Shown in pieces: positions 55,601-64,000 of a stretch of DNA of 64,000 nt (positions within the stretch are counted from its first letter, which is position 1; each line of letters starts with the position of its first letter). The stretch is from assembly GCF_009914755.1 (NCBI RefSeq), contig NC_060925.1. One strand, given 5' to 3'. The notes under the pieces were generated by a model. The model saw nothing but the letters and a program-made list of their open reading frames with translations. It was not told the DNA's origin and made no database searches. The position numbers and the translations under genes were made by a program. The stretch is from the human T2T-CHM13v2.0 reference genome, Homo sapiens.

Positions 55601-57600
55601 GGGAGTTCTACCAACCATCTAAGGAATAAATCATAGCAATTCTACACAAGCGTTTCAAGAAAGTGCAAGAGGAGGGAACACTTCTCATCCCATTTTATGA
55701 TGATAGCATTGTCCTTATACGAAAACCAGAAAACAAAAACATTATAAGAAAATTACAAATAATATCCTTGATGAACACAGGACCAAAAATCTTCAACAAA
55801 ATATTAGCAAACCAAATCCTGTGATACATAAAAAGAAAAGTAAATCATGACCAAGTAGGATTTACCCTATGAATGCAAGATTAGTTCAAATGCAAAAATT
55901 AATCAGTGTAATTTGCCACATCAGTAGACTATTAAGGAGAAAAAAAATCATGTGGTTATCTTATTAGATGCAAAAAACAAAGAAAATGTTTGACAGAATT
56001 CATCATCTTATTTTTTCATGATAAAACTTCTCAGCAAACTAGGAACAGAAGGGTACTATCTATCTTACCCTGATAACAGACATCTACAAAAATCTCACAG
56101 CTAACATTACACTTAATGGTTCAAAAAAATTATACTTAGTGGTAAAAAGTAACATTGTACTTAGTGGTTAAAAAAACCTTACTTACATTTCTGTCTAATT
56201 AATAAAGACCTAATTCTGGAAGGAAAACAGTGAGGATGTCCACTCTTACCACTCCATTCAGCATTATATTGGAGATCCCACCCAGTACAGTAAGGCAAGA
56301 GAAAGCTATTAGGCACACATGTTGGAAAAGAAGAAATAAAAACTGTCTCTACTCACAATGAGATGCCACTAAATACCTATTGGAAAGGCCGAAATGTAAA
56401 CACACACACCCCAAACTGACAATACCAGGTATTGACAAGGATATGGAGCAGATGAAACTCTCATATACTGATGGTGAGAATCAAAGTGCAATGACCACTT
56501 TGGGACATTTTTGGCATTTCTTATAAAGTTAAACATACTCTTATCATACAACTCGGCAACCCAAATAAACTGAAAACATTTTCACACAGAAACTTATATG
56601 AGGATGTTCACAGCAGCCTTATTCATAATCACCCCAAACTGCAAATCGCCACATGTTCTTGAGTTGGTGAATGAATGAACCACCTGTGCTACCTCTAAAA
56701 GATGGACTCGTACTCAGCAATAAAAAGGAATGAACTGATTCATGCAGCAACACAAATGAATTTTGAAAGCATCATGCTTAGTGAAATAAGCCATACTAAG
56801 AAGACTGTAATTTCATTTATGTGACATTCTGAAAAAGTCCCACTATAGGGATAAAAGCAGATCAATGGTTAGCTGGTTGTGGAAGTGGGGATGAGGGGGA
56901 AGAGGGGTAACTCACAAAAGAGCATGAGGAAATTCTGGAGAGTAATGGAACTTTTCTGTATCTTTACTATGGTGGTAGTTACATGATTATTTGCATTTGT
57001 CAAAACTGATACAGCTGTACACTTGAAATGGTGAATTTTACTGTATGTAAATTATATCCAATAAACCAACCTTTACAAATAACATTAGGTACAATTAGAC
57101 ACAACAAAAGGTCAGTGAACCTGAAGACAGGTGAATAGAAATTGAACCTTATTTAAGAAGAAATGTTGACTAAAGAAAGAGAGAGGCTTACAGACCTGTG
57201 GGAGAGTATCAAGCAGTGAAACATACATGTAATTGGAGTTTCAGAAAGACAGGAGAGAGAATGGTGTAAAATATTATTTGAAAAAATATTGGCCAAAAAT
57301 TATCCAAATTAGATCCAAAACAACCTCAGATCCAGGAGATTCAGTGAACCTTCAGCAGGATGAATAAATTATTAAAATTTACCACCACCACCACCCCCCT
57401 GCAGTAGTTTGGTAAAAACTACCAAACAAAATTTTAAAAAGCAGCCAGTGATTGGGGAAAACAACAAAAACCCGTATTACATTTAGGAGGGCAGGGACAA
57501 GTAAGAATGACAGCCAGCCAAGTTTTCTTAAGAAAATGTGGTTACAATATGGTTATCTCTGTTAGTGCTGAAAGAAAAATAAAACACCCTAGAATTCTGT
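52700..57600 (+). mobile_element. Old fragmented L1 (L1M-type), split by the CDCA4 retrocopy
   Basis: Degenerate ORF2-like A-rich sequence at 52700-53315 and 55370-56360; L1MC/MD-like 3' end to about 57070; further L1 fragment to about 57600. Confidence 0.75.
53316..55368 (+). pseudogene. CDCA4P4: CDCA4 processed pseudogene in CD46 intron 5 (probably CDCA4P4)
   Basis: SERTA-like LLVEPNHCRRVLIANT..QIQEEMAQDETW, C-terminal VEILMET* near 54013, stops and frameshifts, 3'UTR-like tail, agaatgaaa TSD at 53303 and 55369; the P4 number is recalled. Confidence 0.85.
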
Positions 57601-57744
57601 ATGAAGGAGAATATATTAGTTAACATTTAAAGTCTTTTAAAAAATGTTTTTAACATCTTGCATTCCATTCCTTGTCTCTGTTCACACTGGAAATTACTAC
57701 TTTGTACTACTTTTTCTGCTAAAGCAGATATCCATTAATTCTGA

Positions 57745-58062
<318 letters not shown>

Positions 58063-58357
58063 TAGTATTTAACTCTGTCTTGTATTCATTTCTATGCCAG
58101 ATGAATGACACGAAATTCACATAAAATTCTGCTGTTGTGATTTTTTGTGCTTTTCCAGGGTTCTTAGCACGTTATGTACATTGCATGGGTATATGCTTTT
58201 AATATTTTTATGTATAAAAAGTGAATTACAACAACTTTTTGGAATTGAAACATGGGCATTTTTATCTAAGTAAGTCAACAATGGCATAATTCATATAAAT
58301 GAAATGAGAGCAATAACTCCCAAGTGGTTGATCTTCTAACATTATTTTGTTTCCTAG

Positions 58358-58402
58358 TGCTGCCTCCATCTAGTACAAAACCTCCAGCTTTGAGTCATTC
58401 AG
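58358..58402 (+). CDS. CD46: CD46 exon 7 (STP-A, alternatively spliced)
   Basis: (V)LPPSSTKPPALSHS; 45 nt; AG/GT. Confidence 0.95.
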
Positions 58403-58529
58403 GTTTAGTAGCTTCTTCCTTATATGTCTTCTTCCTTATATGTTACAAGATATAAGGAATTCCTGGAGAAATTGCCAGCAATAACTCCCAAGTGTTTGGT
58501 CCAATCTACATTATTATTTTGTTTTCCAG

Positions 58530-58574
58530 TGTCGACTTCTTCCACTACAAAATCTCCAGCGTCCAGTGCCTCAG
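58530..58574 (+). CDS. CD46: CD46 exon 8 (STP-B, alternatively spliced)
   Basis: (V)STSSTTKSPASSAS; 45 nt; AG/GT. Confidence 0.96.
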
Positions 58575-59728
58575 GTTTAGTAATTTCCTGCTTATATTTT
58601 TTCAAAAATCCTTTAAATTCCTGGTGATTTTTTATAAAATCCTTCAAATTTCTGGTGATGTTCACTTATTTTTAGTAATGAAAGGAGGGAGGACATTTGT
58701 ATAGCCATTTTAGTTGTTATACATAGTGATTCTAAAATTATTTGCCATAATCTGATATAAACAGGAATATGACCTTGGGAAAGTTGTATAAATTTTGAAT
58801 GTGTTTATATATATATGTTTACATTATATATAGAGAAATTGATTTAGTACCTTCCTTATTGGGTATTAGTAAGGTATAAGTGGGATGCATTTAAAGCACT
58901 TAGCACAGTGCCTGGTGTAGAGAAAGCTCTTAGAGCTAGCCAATGTGACTTATCCTACACTTAAATTAATGTTAGGGAAGGGGAAGGTTCATGTATGTTT
59001 GTTAGTATGTGTGTGTGTTAATATGTTAATATGTTTGTTTGTTAATATGTATGTTTTGTGTCATCAACTTTGCTATTTTATTCTTTTCAGAAGTGATCTG
59101 TTGACACCTTTACTGAGTTTGTTCCTATTGCAGGACTCTTTCATTTTCTGGAATGCAACTAGTTTGAGTCTTCTGATGTAAAACATTTAAACAGGGAAAT
59201 TTCTGCTGTCCTCAGAACAAGATCTGTATTTCTGCCTCTTCCCTACCCACCCCTCTTCCACACCTCATAATGTTATTTATTTTTTTTCTCTTTAGTGGGC
59301 AGTTTTATCTGGCAATAGCAACTCAATTTTATGGCAACTGAAAGGCAGGAAAAGTCCTTATTTACTGAAATAAAATAGAAGACTTTTGCAGGGACTCCTG
59401 GTCAACCACTGTGCTTATGACTGGAGAGATTATTTTGATATGATGGAAGGAATTATCCTGATTTCAGCACTACCATCTCTGGTTTCACTTTGCTTCCAGC
59501 AGAAGCAAGAGACAATAGTAATTGTGGGTAGCACTTCAGTCTGGGCAGACTGTGCTTAGTTAACATCATTTCTGTGGTCTTCAGTTTCCCTTTAGTATAA
59601 TGTGAGTGTTGAACTGAAATCTCAATCACTGGCTTCTAATTTGGTTATATATTTCCTATCTCCCTAATATTTTAAAGGATCGAAGAGAATTATGCATGTT
59701 AACATAGTAATTAAGATACCTTCTTATA

Positions 59729-60205
<477 letters not shown>

Positions 60206-60420
60206 CTAATACTACGTTTGTTGATACAGTCTTTTGAAAGAGTTGATGATAAGCATTTCATAAAGTATTTATAAAACACTGGTATAGCTTAGTGTTGGAG
60301 AGCAGAAGAGAGAATTGCTTGGGATTGTCAATGATTTCTTATCATCTGCTAGAGGAAGACTAAATAACAACATCATGATGTTAAGGTAGATCTAAATGTG
60401 TTAACAAGAAGAAAAGTTGA

Positions 60421-60817
<397 letters not shown>

Positions 60818-61071
60818 CACATTACTTTCATGATGGTTATCTTCTAAGATTTCCATTATAAAATACAGAGTGTGGTGAGCATTCTTGTACATACATCTTA
60901 CATACTTGTGCAAATATATATGTAGGTTAAATTCTAAGATGTGGAATTGCAAAGTTTGTAAAGTGTGTAGTTTTCATTTGATAAACTTAAAAAATCAATA
61001 TCAAAATTAAAGTCATAATTTTATATTGATAAGGCCCTGGTGAATTTATAAAATCAAACTTATTTTTCTAG

Positions 61072-61113
61072 GTCCTAGGCCTACTTACAAGCCTCCAGTC
61101 TCAAATTATCCAG
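61072..61113 (+). CDS. CD46: CD46 exon 9 (STP-C)
   Basis: (G)PRPTYKPPVSNYP; 42 nt; AG/GT. Confidence 0.96.
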
Positions 61114-61150
61114 GTTGGTTAACTCTTTATCCTACTGATATTGTTAAGAA

Positions 61151-64000
<2,850 letters not shown>

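Overview
Human genomic DNA from the regulator-of-complement-activation (RCA) cluster. About 1-31 kb holds the 3' half of CR1L (+ strand): four decayed CR1-type SCR/CCP exons, one open SCR exon, a 24-nt juxtamembrane exon that can read through to a stop, an intact transmembrane exon and a CR1-like terminal exon with 3'UTR. About 31-39 kb is a MER61-like ERV1 provirus with a HERV-W (LTR17) solo LTR nested in its 5' LTR. About 42.6-64 kb holds the CD46 (MCP) CpG-island promoter and exons 1-9, with a CDCA4 processed pseudogene in intron 5. The window is rich in Alu, L1 and LTR elements. I see no wholly new gene system. The strongest unexplained signals are (1) an intact, in-frame TM-plus-short-tail exon path for CR1L, (2) non-consensus variants shared between inverted L1 copies 2-37 kb apart, suggesting inter-L1 gene conversion, and (3) a signal-peptide/Env-TM 'mini-Env' open frame and nested LTR promoters upstream of CD46. 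Gene and repeat identities rest on recalled sequences, not database searches.
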